A DNA stretch of 45,160 nucleotides, taken from assembly GCA_031372565.1 (NCBI GenBank), contig JANMLN010000012.1, positions 1-45,160 on the forward strand, given 5' to 3'. The notes below the pieces were generated by a model. That model searched no databases. It was not told where the DNA came from and saw nothing but the letters and a program-made list of their open reading frames with translations. Both the position numbers and the translations under genes were made by a program. Source of the DNA: Gemmatimonadota bacterium (GTDB lineage: Bacteria > Gemmatimonadota > Gemmatimonadetes > Gemmatimonadales > Gemmatimonadaceae). Shown here one piece after another: positions 26,283-35,034 of the stretch (position 1 is the stretch's first letter; each line of letters starts with the position of its first letter).

Positions 26283-27547
26283 TGCGCCGTTCCCTGCTCC
26301 GCGCCCTCGTGGCGCTCGCCTGCGTGGCGCGGTTCGCTGACGCGCAGGTCGTCGCCATTACCGGTGGCACCGTGTATCCCGTCAAGGGCCCCAAGATCGA
26401 GAACGGCACCGTCATCATCTCGGCCGGCAAGATCACGGCGGTTGGCGCCGGCCTTGCTGCCCCCGCCGGGGCGACCGTCATCGATGCCCGCGGCAAGTGG
26501 GTGACGCCGGGATTGATCAATGCCAATACCAACCTCGGACTCGTCGAAGTCGGCGCCGTCGCCGAGACGCGCGACAACGGCGTGCGCAGTGCCAACGGTG
26601 TGAGCGCCTTCTTCCAGCCGTGGGAAGGGCTCAACGCAAGCTCCACCAACATTCCGCAGGCGCGCAATGATGGTCTCACGACGGTGGTCACCGTGCCGAC
26701 GGGCGGTATGGTGAGCGGCCAGGCGGCCGTGATCGACCTGAGCGGCGACACCCCCGAGGCGCTCGTACGCAAGGCACCCGCCGCGATGGTGGCCAACTTC
26801 GGCCACACGAGTGCCCGCGGCGACCTGTTCGGCAAGATGCGCGAACTCCTCAACGATGCGCGCGTGTACGCCACGCGCCGCGCGCAGTACGAACTGGGCA
26901 ACACCCGCAGCATGGCCGCCAGCAAGGCGGACCTCGAGGCGCTGCAGCCGGTGCTCGCGGGTACGATGCCACTCGTGATCGATGCTGATCGCCGGAGCGA
27001 CATCGAGGCGGCACTGCGCATCGCCAAGGAGTACAAGCTCAAGCTCATCCTCTCGGGCGCGGCCGAAGCGTGGATGGTGGCCGATCAGATCGCAGCGGCC
27101 AAGGTGCCCGTGCTGACGGGCGGCATCTTGAACATTCCGCGTTCGTTCGCCACGCTCGGCCAACGGGGCGACAACCTCGCGCTGCTGCGCAAGGCCGGGG
27201 TCAACGTGATCATCATCTCCGATTCATACGCGAGCGGTGACGGCTTCAACGCCGGCAACGTGCGCTACGAGGCGGGCAACGCGGTCTCGGCGGGGCTCGG
27301 CTGGGACGACGCGCTTCGTGCGCTCACGCAGGCGCCGGCCGAGGCGTACGGCGTGGGCGCGCAGGTCGGCGCGCTGGCAGCCGGCATGGATGGCAACGTG
27401 GTGGTCTGGAGCGGCGACCCGTTCGAATTTTCCACCAGGGCCGAGGCGGTGCTCATCAAGGGGCGTCGCGTCGAAGGGATGAGCCGCCGGAACGAGTTGG
27501 AGAAGCGGTATCGCACCTTGCCGCCGGCAGGGTACGCGAAGCCCTGA
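26282..27547 (+). CDS. Secreted amidohydrolase-fold protein lacking metal ligands
   Basis: TGATG coupling. IDARGKWVTPGLINANTNLG (HxH lost), ALTQAPAEAYG, VVVWSGDPFE. Confidence 0.85.
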   Translation: MRRSLLRALVALACVARFADAQVVAITGGTVYPVKGPKIENGTVIISAGKITAVGAGLAAPAGATVIDARGKWVTPGLINANTNLGLVEVGAVAETRDNGVRSANGVSAFFQPWEGLNASSTNIPQARNDGLTTVVTVPTGGMVSGQAAVIDLSGDTPEALVRKAPAAMVANFGHTSARGDLFGKMRELLNDARVYATRRAQYELGNTRSMAASKADLEALQPVLAGTMPLVIDADRRSDIEAALRIAKEYKLKLILSGAAEAWMVADQIAAAKVPVLTGGILNIPRSFATLGQRGDNLALLRKAGVNVIIISDSYASGDGFNAGNVRYEAGNAVSAGLGWDDALRALTQAPAEAYGVGAQVGALAAGMDGNVVVWSGDPFEFSTRAEAVLIKGRRVEGMSRRNELEKRYRTLPPAGYAKP

Positions 27548-27601
27548 CGTCATACGAACAGCGCAGGTCGGAGCTCTCGACCTGATATCCCTCTAAAACA
27601 T

Positions 27602-27640
27602 CCAAGCGCCGTGCGGCCAACTGCTCCGCACGGCGCTTGG
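27602..27640. terminator. Hairpin between convergent genes, probable terminator
   Basis: CCAAGCGCCGTGCGG-N9-CCGCACGGCGCTTGG perfect 15-bp stem. Confidence 0.7.
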
Positions 27641-27682
27641 TGATTCCCCCCCGGGAACCGATGCGTTACGACTGCTCCATGA

Positions 27683-28432
27683 CTACTTCTGCTTGCGACG
27701 GCGGCCGACGAAGCCCAGGCCCAGCAGGCCGGTGGCCATCAGCGCCATCGACGCCGGCTCCGGCACGGTGCTCATGAACTCCTGCGCGCCGCCGTTGAGC
27801 GGGGCCCAGGTCGCACCGGTGCCGGCGCCGCTCATCGAGCGGTCGGAGAGCACGATGAACTTGGAGAAGTAGGACGGGTTCGACTGCGCGAGCTGCGCTT
27901 CGGCGGCGATCGAGGCGTTGATCCACGTCTGCGCCGCGGCCCACACCGTCTGGTCCCCGTAGCCGGCGACGGGAACGGCGTTGACCTGCGCGTTGGTGAA
28001 GGTCCGCCAGATCGCCGTGTGAATCCCCTTCACGGCAAGCGAGCCGTTGCTCTTCCCGGCAAACTGGTCCGAGAGCCACGCCGCGCGACGATAGCGCGAG
28101 TACCAGTCGCTGTAGCCGCCCCACCGGAGCAAGGAGCGGTCCATGGTCGCGGAGAGCTGCTGCTCCCAGGCGCCATACTGCTGTCCGTAGTTGATGTCGT
28201 TGAGCAAGTCGACGCAGACGACGTCGATCAGTGCGCCGCCGACGTATCCGCCGCCGGTCGTGATCGTGCCGCCCTCCTTGGCCGTGTAGACGCCGCCCCA
28301 TACGTTGCCGATCACGGCGTTCGGATTGCCGATGCCGATGAACTTCATGTCGGTCGCGACAGCCTGCGCACTGGCGCTCGAAGCCGAGAGCGCGAGCGAG
28401 AGTCCAACGAAGGCGGAGCGGAGAGCGCGCAT
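27683..28432 (-). CDS. PEP-CTERM sorting domain surface protein (thioester-domain-like), paralogue of 5823..6698
   Basis: AGGA RBS, signal peptide MRALRSAFVGLSLALSASSASA, C-terminal VPEPASMALMATGLLGLGFVGRRRKQK. Confidence 0.92.
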   Translation of the reverse strand: MRALRSAFVGLSLALSASSASAQAVATDMKFIGIGNPNAVIGNVWGGVYTAKEGGTITTGGGYVGGALIDVVCVDLLNDINYGQQYGAWEQQLSATMDRSLLRWGGYSDWYSRYRRAAWLSDQFAGKSNGSLAVKGIHTAIWRTFTNAQVNAVPVAGYGDQTVWAAAQTWINASIAAEAQLAQSNPSYFSKFIVLSDRSMSGAGTGATWAPLNGGAQEFMSTVPEPASMALMATGLLGLGFVGRRRKQK

Positions 28433-28506
28433 CTGGGAGATCCTGTCTGAGGTGATGGCAGCGGCGCGGACGAGCCGTGCGCCGTGTCGTGCACACCCCC
28501 TCATAA

Positions 28507-28522
28507 AGCATCTATCGGGCCA
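28507..28522 (-). promoter_or_regulatory. sigma54 (-24/-12) promoter of PEP-CTERM gene 2
   Basis: Minus strand TGGCCCGATAGATGCT = GG-N10-GC, about 75 nt before the ATG. Confidence 0.65.
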
Positions 28523-28569
28523 CACCAGTGTGACGCGTGTCGCAATGTGGATCTATCTGTATGTTGTGT

Positions 28570-28615
28570 AAGCACTTAGCGGTTTACGTTCGGTCGGCAC
28601 TGACCAGCAAGTGCA
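28570..28615 (-). promoter_or_regulatory. IHF-like 9-mer (28570-28578) and candidate enhancer (28597-28615)
   Basis: Minus strand TGCACTtgctgGTCAGTGC then TAAGTGCTT, in the same order as upstream of PEP-CTERM gene 1. Confidence 0.5.
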
Positions 28616-28738
28616 CAGCGAGGCACGACGGCGCAAAACAGCTGGAACCAACCGCGTGATAGCGGTTGTTGCCTCGTAGCCACACCGTGGTGCGCATCCC
28701 CCAGCAGATGCCTGCCCTCCGTCCCACACCCGGGGTCG

Positions 28739-29173
28739 ATGCTTATGTCGTTCGTTTGGCGCTACCTGCTCGGACTTGCCCTCTTCGCGGTGCTCGACTC
28801 GGCGTGGCTCCTCGGCGTGGGTGCGAGCTTCAACCGCGCCCAGTTCGGGCACCTCATGCGTGCGGACACGATCTGGAGCGCCGCGGTGATCTTCTACCTC
28901 ATCTATGGCGTGGCCGTGCTCGCGCTGTGCGTGCAGCCGGCGTTGCCGTCGGGCCGCGCGCGCGATGCCGCGTGGCGCGGCGCGCTCCTCGGCGCTGCGG
29001 CGTATGGTGCATTCGACCTCACCAGCCTCGCGCTGTTCAAGGACTTTCCGGTGCCCGGTGCGATCGTGGACATGACGTGGGGAACGAGTGCGACAGCGAT
29101 CGTGAGTGCGCTTGTGGCGCGTCTCAGCACCGGAGCGCGCTCTCGCCATACCGAACTGAGCGCCCGCGCGTGA
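28739..29173 (+). CDS. DUF2177 family membrane protein
   Basis: LDSAWLLG, AAVIFYLIY, GALLGAAAYGAFDLTSLA, VDMTWG. Confidence 0.85.
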   Translation: MLMSFVWRYLLGLALFAVLDSAWLLGVGASFNRAQFGHLMRADTIWSAAVIFYLIYGVAVLALCVQPALPSGRARDAAWRGALLGAAAYGAFDLTSLALFKDFPVPGAIVDMTWGTSATAIVSALVARLSTGARSRHTELSARA

Positions 29174-30576
29174 CCGCCGTGGCGAGAGACCGTCGCATCA
29201 TCGCGATTGCCGGGGCCAGCGGGTTCGTCGGGTCGCATCTCATCCCGGCGCTGCGGGATGATTTCGAACTCGTGGCCCTCGCGCGGACGGCGCGTCCCCC
29301 GTCGAGCGGGATCACATGGCGCGCGTGCGATCTCTTTTCGTCGACCAGCACCAATGCAGCGCTCGCGGGGGTCGATGTCGCCGTGTACCTCGTGCACTCG
29401 ATGATGCCGTCGTCGCGCCTGTTTCAGGGCGACTTTCACGACACCGATCTCCTCCTCGCCGACAATTTCGCGAAGGCGTGCGTGCAGGCGGGGGTCAAGC
29501 AGATCGTCTACCTCGGCGGCCTCGTCCCCGCCGCCGGGTACGTGAGCAAGCACTTGCAGAGTCGGCTCGAGGTGGAGGGCGTGCTGCAGGCGTCCGGGAT
29601 TCCCGTCACTTGCTTGCGCGCGGGGATGGTCGTTGGTCCGGGTGGAAGCTCATTCGAGATCCTGCGCACGCTGGTCGAACGCCTCCCGTGGATGATCCTG
29701 CCAACGTGGACGCGCAGCGCGGGACAGGCCGTCTTCCTTGATGACGTCGTCGCGGTGCTCAAGGCGGCGCTCATCGAGCCAACCATGCGCGGTCGTACCT
29801 TCGATCTCGTCAACGGTGAGTCGCTGACGTACGAAATGCTGCTGCGCCAGACCGCGGCGGCGCTCGGCATGAAGCGTGTCATGCTCCCGGTGCCGATCGC
29901 GTCGACCGGGTTCTCGAAGCGCTGGGTGCAACTGTTCGGCAAGGCGTCGCACGAGCTCGTCTCGCCGCTGATCGACAGCTTGCAGTGCGATCTCCCGCAG
30001 CTGACCCCGGAGCCGGAGATCGCGCGCTTCATTCGATACCCGACCTTCGAACGCATGCTGGTGGAAACGCTGCGTCGCTCCGAGGGCCGGCCGGACCAGC
30101 CGACCGTGGCACCGGGGCGCAGCCACGAGTCGACGGTGCGATCGATCCAGCGCCTGCCTCCGGTCCCTGACCACGACGCACCGTTCATCGCGGACGCCTA
30201 CATCGAGTGGCTGCCCCGCTTCTTCCGCTCGCTCATCCGCGTGAGGCACCTGCGCGACACGTCGCGCGTCACCTTCTCGCTGGCTCTCGTGCCGTGGCCG
30301 CTGCTCGTGCTGGAGCTGATCGACCAGGGCGCCGACCGCACGCGCGCCAAGTTCCACATCGTGGGCGGGGTCCTGTCGAAGACGACCACGACGGGATGGT
30401 TCGAGTTTCGCCAGGTTGCCAAGCGTCGCTACACGCTGGCGGCGATCCATGGCTTCATTCCGGCACTGCCATGGCTGCTGTACATCGCCACACAGGCGCC
30501 GATACACGCGTGGGTGATGAACCAGTTCGGTCGGCACCTTGTTCGCACGCGGGACGGCGAGCATTCCGTTCGGTAA
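29170..30576 (+). CDS. NAD(P)-binding atypical SDR/epimerase (YbjT-like) with C-terminal extension
   Basis: IAGASGFVG, VYLVHSM, IVYLGGL, SKHLQSRLEVE, LRAGMVVGPGGSSFEIL. GTGA overlap. Confidence 0.85.
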   Translation: MTAVARDRRIIAIAGASGFVGSHLIPALRDDFELVALARTARPPSSGITWRACDLFSSTSTNAALAGVDVAVYLVHSMMPSSRLFQGDFHDTDLLLADNFAKACVQAGVKQIVYLGGLVPAAGYVSKHLQSRLEVEGVLQASGIPVTCLRAGMVVGPGGSSFEILRTLVERLPWMILPTWTRSAGQAVFLDDVVAVLKAALIEPTMRGRTFDLVNGESLTYEMLLRQTAAALGMKRVMLPVPIASTGFSKRWVQLFGKASHELVSPLIDSLQCDLPQLTPEPEIARFIRYPTFERMLVETLRRSEGRPDQPTVAPGRSHESTVRSIQRLPPVPDHDAPFIADAYIEWLPRFFRSLIRVRHLRDTSRVTFSLALVPWPLLVLELIDQGADRTRAKFHIVGGVLSKTTTTGWFEFRQVAKRRYTLAAIHGFIPALPWLLYIATQAPIHAWVMNQFGRHLVRTRDGEHSVR

Positions 30577-30704
30577 CGCGCTCCCGTACGCGCGCGGGTA
30601 CGACTCCCCTACCTCGTCGGCCACACGAGCAACGGACTCTCCGCGAAGTTCCTGAGTCCCGGGGGGCCGGCCCGGTTGCGGGCACGGCGCACGCTCGAAG
30701 CGAA

Positions 30705-30735
30705 GCGCGCCGTCACCCAGAGGATGACGGCGCGC
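30705..30735 (-). terminator. Terminator hairpin after rpmA
   Basis: GCGCGCCGTCA-N9-TGACGGCGCGC. Confidence 0.6.
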
Positions 30736-30763
30736 AGACCAGCGTCGAATCGAGGGTGGCGCC

Positions 30764-31042
30764 TTAAACGGCGCTCGTCGCCTCGACCGGCGCCGGATAG
30801 ACGCTGACCTTGTAGCGGGTCTTGCTCTTGTGCTCGAACTTCACCACGCCATCGATGAGGGCGTAGATCGTGTAGTCGGTGCCAAGCCCGACGTTGCGAC
30901 CGGGATGCCACTTCGTGCCGCACTGGCGGACGAGGATGTTCCCGGCGCGGACCGTCTCGCCGCCGTACTTCTTGATGCCGCGGTACTGCGGATTGGAGTC
31001 GCGCCCGTTGCGCGAGGAGCCTACGCCCTTCTTATGTGCCAT
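30764..31042 (-). CDS. rpmA: 50S ribosomal protein L27
   Basis: [28 protein letters not shown]. Confidence 0.98.
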   Translation of the reverse strand: MAHKKGVGSSRNGRDSNPQYRGIKKYGGETVRAGNILVRQCGTKWHPGRNVGLGTDYTIYALIDGVVKFEHKSKTRYKVSVYPAPVEATSAV

Positions 31043-31060
31043 GATCCTGGTCTCCTAAGC

Positions 31061-31378
31061 TCAACCGAGGGTGATCTGGTTGACGCGGATTTCGGTAAAG
31101 CCCTGACGGTGGCCCTGCTTGCGCGCGTAGTTCTTGCGGCGCTTGAACTTGAACACGACGATCTTGTCGCCGAGCCCCTGCTTGATGATTTCGGCCGTGA
31201 CCTTGGCGCCGGTGAGCGTCGGAACGCCCGCGCGCACGGTCGTGCCGTCGGAGCCGAGGAGGACCTCGTTGAACTCGATGGCGGTGCCGGCGTCGCCGGG
31301 AAGGCTGGGAATCCGCAGGGACTTGCCCGGCTCAACCTTGTACTGCTTGCCGCCGGTGCGGATGATCGCGTAGCTCAT
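31061..31378 (-). CDS. rplU: 50S ribosomal protein L21
   Basis: MSYAIIRTGGKQYKV...KFKRRKNYARKQGHRQGFTEI. True start is ATG 31378. Confidence 0.98.
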   Translation of the reverse strand: MSYAIIRTGGKQYKVEPGKSLRIPSLPGDAGTAIEFNEVLLGSDGTTVRAGVPTLTGAKVTAEIIKQGLGDKIVVFKFKRRKNYARKQGHRQGFTEIRVNQITLG

Positions 31379-31417
31379 GGGTTGCTGCCTGTTGGGTGGT
31401 GTCGGAAGTAGCCTAAC

Positions 31418-31446
31418 AAAGTACCTACCCGAAAGCCCCATATCAA
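31418..31446 (-). promoter_or_regulatory. sigma70 promoter of rplU-rpmA
   Basis: Minus strand TTGATA-N17-TACTTT. Confidence 0.7.
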
Positions 31447-31467
31447 GGGGGGCTATGGAGTTAGCCG

Positions 31468-33174
31468 TCAGGCCACGGCGTACTGCTGCGTCACGTCCCG
31501 CATCGCCCCCTTCACCACGATCTTGAACTCGTCCGGATTGAGCAGGGGGTCGTCCCGCAGCTCGATGCTGAATCCGGCCGTCTTCTCGAGCTTCTTGGCC
31601 AGGTCCTGCTCCTGCTCGAGCGCGTAGAGCGCCACATCCGGGTGGATCCGCACGATCAGCGCATCGCGCCGCCCCTCCACGGACACGCGCTTGACCGACC
31701 GCTCGATCCGACGCAGCACGGTTTCCGGGGTGAACACCCGCCCGGTGCCATGGCAGACCTGGCACGGCTCGGTCATCTGCTGCAGATGGCTCTGCCGCAC
31801 CCGCTGGCGGGTCATCTCGATGAGTCCCAGGTCGCTCACGGCGAACGCCTTGGTCCGCGCGCGATCGCGCGACAGGTGCATGCGGAGTTCCTGCAGCACG
31901 CGGTCGCGGTTCTGCTTGGTCTCCATGTCGATGAAGTCGCAGACGATGATGCCGCCCACGTCGCGCAACCGGAGCTGCCGTGCGACCTCGCGCGCCGCCT
32001 CCATGTTCGTCTTGAGCACCGTCTTCTCGGGGTCCTTCTTGCCCGTGTAGCGTCCCGAGTTCACGTCGATCGTGACGAGCGCCTCGGTCGGCTCGACGAT
32101 CAGGTAGCCGCCCGACGGCAAGTCACAGCGCCGCTTGAACAGATCACGGATTTCCGTCTCGATCTCGGCCTTGTCGAACAGCGGCGCCGGTTCCTCGTAC
32201 AGCCGCACCCGTTCGAGCAGCTCGGGCGCGATCCCCTTGAGGTACTCCGTGATCTCGTTGTACACCTGCTTCGAGTCCACGGTCACATTGTCGACCTTCG
32301 TGCTGAACACGTCGCGCATCAGCGAACGGGTGAGCGACGTCTCGCGATGGATGAGCGAGGGTGCGCGCACGAACCGCTTCTTCTTGTTGATCCGGCTCCA
32401 CTGCCCGATGAGCGTCGTGAGCTCGCGCTCGAACGTCTCCTTGGTGACTTCCTCACCAACGGTGCGGACGATCACGCCGCCCGCATCCTTGGGCAACACG
32501 GCCGTCACCATCTCGCGCAGCCGCGCGCGCACCGCCTTCTCGCCGATCTTGCGGCTCACGCCAACGCGACGCGGAGCGAAGGGCATGTACACGAGGAATC
32601 GGCCTGCCAGCGATACCTGCGCGGTCACGCGGGGGCCCTTGGTGCTGATGGGCTCCTTGGTGACCTGCACGATCACTCCCGGCCCCTTCTTGAGCGCGTC
32701 CTGATTCGCGGGGGCCTTGGCGCGGCCGCGGGGGGCGCGACCGGCGGGGGGAGCGCCCTTGTCCTTCGCGTCCTTGCTCTCCTTTCCGTCTTTTCCACTG
32801 TCCTTGGCGGCGTCCTTTCCGCCGTCCTTCGCCTCGCGGACCGCTCCTTTCCCCTCTCCCGCTTCCGCGACCGCGTCCTGGGGATCGTCGCCGCCCTCGG
32901 CGTCGTCCTCCCCGTCAGCGTCGTCATCATCATCGTCGCCGCCATCGTCAAAGACGAGGTCGGTGGCGTGGAGAAACGCACTCTTCTCGGTGCCGATGGC
33001 GACGAAGGCCGCCATGAGGCCGGGCTGGACCGCCTCGACACGCCCGACGTAGATGTCGCCTACCATGCGGCGGGCATCCGGGCGCTCCACGAGCAGCTCG
33101 GAGAGCTGCCCGTCCTCCAGAATGGCCACGCGCGTCTCACGCGCCGAGGCGTTGATCAGGATCTCGCGCTTCAT
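31468..33174 (-). CDS. rng: Rne/Rng family ribonuclease
   Basis: ETRVAILEDG, VQVTKEPISTKGPR, TEALVTIDVNSG, RQLRLRDVGGIIVCDFIDM, CQVCHGTG Zn-link. No long C-terminal scaffold. Confidence 0.93.
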   Translation of the reverse strand: MKREILINASARETRVAILEDGQLSELLVERPDARRMVGDIYVGRVEAVQPGLMAAFVAIGTEKSAFLHATDLVFDDGGDDDDDDADGEDDAEGGDDPQDAVAEAGEGKGAVREAKDGGKDAAKDSGKDGKESKDAKDKGAPPAGRAPRGRAKAPANQDALKKGPGVIVQVTKEPISTKGPRVTAQVSLAGRFLVYMPFAPRRVGVSRKIGEKAVRARLREMVTAVLPKDAGGVIVRTVGEEVTKETFERELTTLIGQWSRINKKKRFVRAPSLIHRETSLTRSLMRDVFSTKVDNVTVDSKQVYNEITEYLKGIAPELLERVRLYEEPAPLFDKAEIETEIRDLFKRRCDLPSGGYLIVEPTEALVTIDVNSGRYTGKKDPEKTVLKTNMEAAREVARQLRLRDVGGIIVCDFIDMETKQNRDRVLQELRMHLSRDRARTKAFAVSDLGLIEMTRQRVRQSHLQQMTEPCQVCHGTGRVFTPETVLRRIERSVKRVSVEGRRDALIVRIHPDVALYALEQEQDLAKKLEKTAGFSIELRDDPLLNPDEFKIVVKGAMRDVTQQYAVA

Positions 33175-33669
33175 CACGTCCGGCGATCACGCCCCGGCGA
33201 CTCGAATCGGGAGGATCGGCGGCCCTACGACGAGGAAAGAGCGGCGCGCGGCGCTGGCCGGGCGACACTCGAAGGCGGCCACTCTCAGGCTCTCGGATCC
33301 ACTCCCTCGCTCCACTCGTCCCAGCCCGCCCTTCGCCGCGGCGTGGTCTCCCGGGGCCCGGGGTCGCACGACGTGCACGCAAGGGCGGATACCCGCCGGA
33401 AAAGAGCGCGAGGGGTGACGCGCCCGACGGCGCGGCACGGAACCCGCTGCTGAAAGCGCGAGGATGCAGCCCGGGGTCACGACGTCGTGCACCCAGCCAC
33501 TCCCTCAGGTGGACCGTCCCGCGAGTCGCTCGGGGAGAGGGCCACCGGTTACCAAAGCATTACGGATAGAACAGTTAAAGGCCGCCGCATGTTTCCGCAA
33601 TCCCGACCAGCGGTTCTGTCGGCTCGCGAACGCCGACCACCGCTGGCGCGACCGCGGCGCGCACCACCC

Positions 33670-34887
33670 TCACCCCGCCAGATCGCGCAGCAGATGACGC
33701 GCGATCACCATCCGCTGGATCTCGCTCGTCCCCTCGCCGATCTCGCAAATCTTCGCATCGCGAAACATCCGCTCGACCGGATAATCCTTGGTGTAGCCGT
33801 ACCCGCCATGGATCTGGATGGCCTTGGTGGTGGCGCGCATCGCCAGCTCCGAACAGAAGAGCTTGGCCATCGCGGCCTCCTTGCTGAACGGCTTGCCATG
33901 CTGCGCCAGCCACGCCGCGTGGAACATCAGGTGGCGCCCCGCCTCGATCTCGGTGGCCATGTCGGCGAGCTGGAACTGCACCCCCTGAAAGCCGGCGATC
34001 GCCTGTCCAAACTGCTTGCGCACCGAGGCGTACTTGAGCGCGGCGTCGCACGCGCCCTCGGCCAACCCCAACGAGAGCGCCGCCAAACCGATGCGACCGG
34101 CGTCCAGTGTGCGCATGAAGTTGATGAACCCCATCCCCTCTTCGCCGAGGCGGTTCTCGACGGGCACCTGCACATCCTCGAAGATCAGCTCACGCGTGTC
34201 GCTCGCGCGCCAGCCCAGCTTGTCTTCCTTCTTGCCCGCGCGAAACCCCTTGAGGGTGGGCAGCGTGGCGTCGTGCCCCACCCCGGCCGCCGCAGCCGCA
34301 GCCAGGTCCACGGTTTCCTTGGTGAGGATGAAGGAGCTGATCCCCTTGGTCCCCTTTCCCGGATCGGTCACGGCGGTCACGACGAAAATCTCGCCGACGC
34401 CGGCGTGCGTGATGAACCGCTTGGTGCCGTTGAGCAGGTAGTGATCACCGTGGCGAACCGCGGTGGACTGCGTGCCACCCGCATCAGAGCCGGCCCCGGG
34501 CTCCGTGAGTCCGAAGCCGCCAAGCACGGAACCACTCGCGAGCTTGGACACGTAGCGCTGCTTCTGCTCGTCGGTGCCGAAGTACACGATCGGGCTGGTG
34601 CCGAGCGTGGTATGGGCACTGACCGTGATGGAGTGCGACGCGCACACCTTGGCCAGCTCGTGGATCGTGATCATGTACGCGATCGTGTCGAGCCCGGCGC
34701 CGCCCATCTCTTCAGACCACGGCACGCCGAGGAGTCCCAGTTCGCCCATCCGCTTGACCGTGGGCCACGGGAACTCGCTCGAGGCGTCGTACTGTGCGGC
34801 GATCGGCGCGATCTCGGTCTGCGCAAAGGAGCGCACCATCTCGCGTACGGCGAGGTGCTGCTCGCTGAAATACAGGCTGTCGTCCAT
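33670..34887 (-). CDS. Acyl-CoA dehydrogenase
   Basis: [56 protein letters not shown]. Start ATG 34887. Confidence 0.93.
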   Translation of the reverse strand: MDDSLYFSEQHLAVREMVRSFAQTEIAPIAAQYDASSEFPWPTVKRMGELGLLGVPWSEEMGGAGLDTIAYMITIHELAKVCASHSITVSAHTTLGTSPIVYFGTDEQKQRYVSKLASGSVLGGFGLTEPGAGSDAGGTQSTAVRHGDHYLLNGTKRFITHAGVGEIFVVTAVTDPGKGTKGISSFILTKETVDLAAAAAAGVGHDATLPTLKGFRAGKKEDKLGWRASDTRELIFEDVQVPVENRLGEEGMGFINFMRTLDAGRIGLAALSLGLAEGACDAALKYASVRKQFGQAIAGFQGVQFQLADMATEIEAGRHLMFHAAWLAQHGKPFSKEAAMAKLFCSELAMRATTKAIQIHGGYGYTKDYPVERMFRDAKICEIGEGTSEIQRMVIARHLLRDLAG

Positions 34888-35034
34888 GGGGAGGCCTCGG
34901 GGAGCGCCGCGCGACATGCACAGCCTCTCAATATCGCCGGTGGGTCATGCGCCGGGCAAGAATCAGAAGGGTCGGAGAGTGGGCGCAGGGCACACCACCG
35001 TGGTCTGCTGTCCGCCCTGCCCTCCCTCCCCTCG

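Noticed and set aside
28690..28725. ChrR/RpoE-type ECF promoter (GCATCC...CCGTC) before the DUF2177 gene
   Set aside because: Weak match and spacing too long; cannot be supported.
33225..33250. GAGGAAAG motif suggesting RNase P RNA
   Set aside because: Followed by AGC rather than TCC, and the conserved 3' P4 strand was not found.
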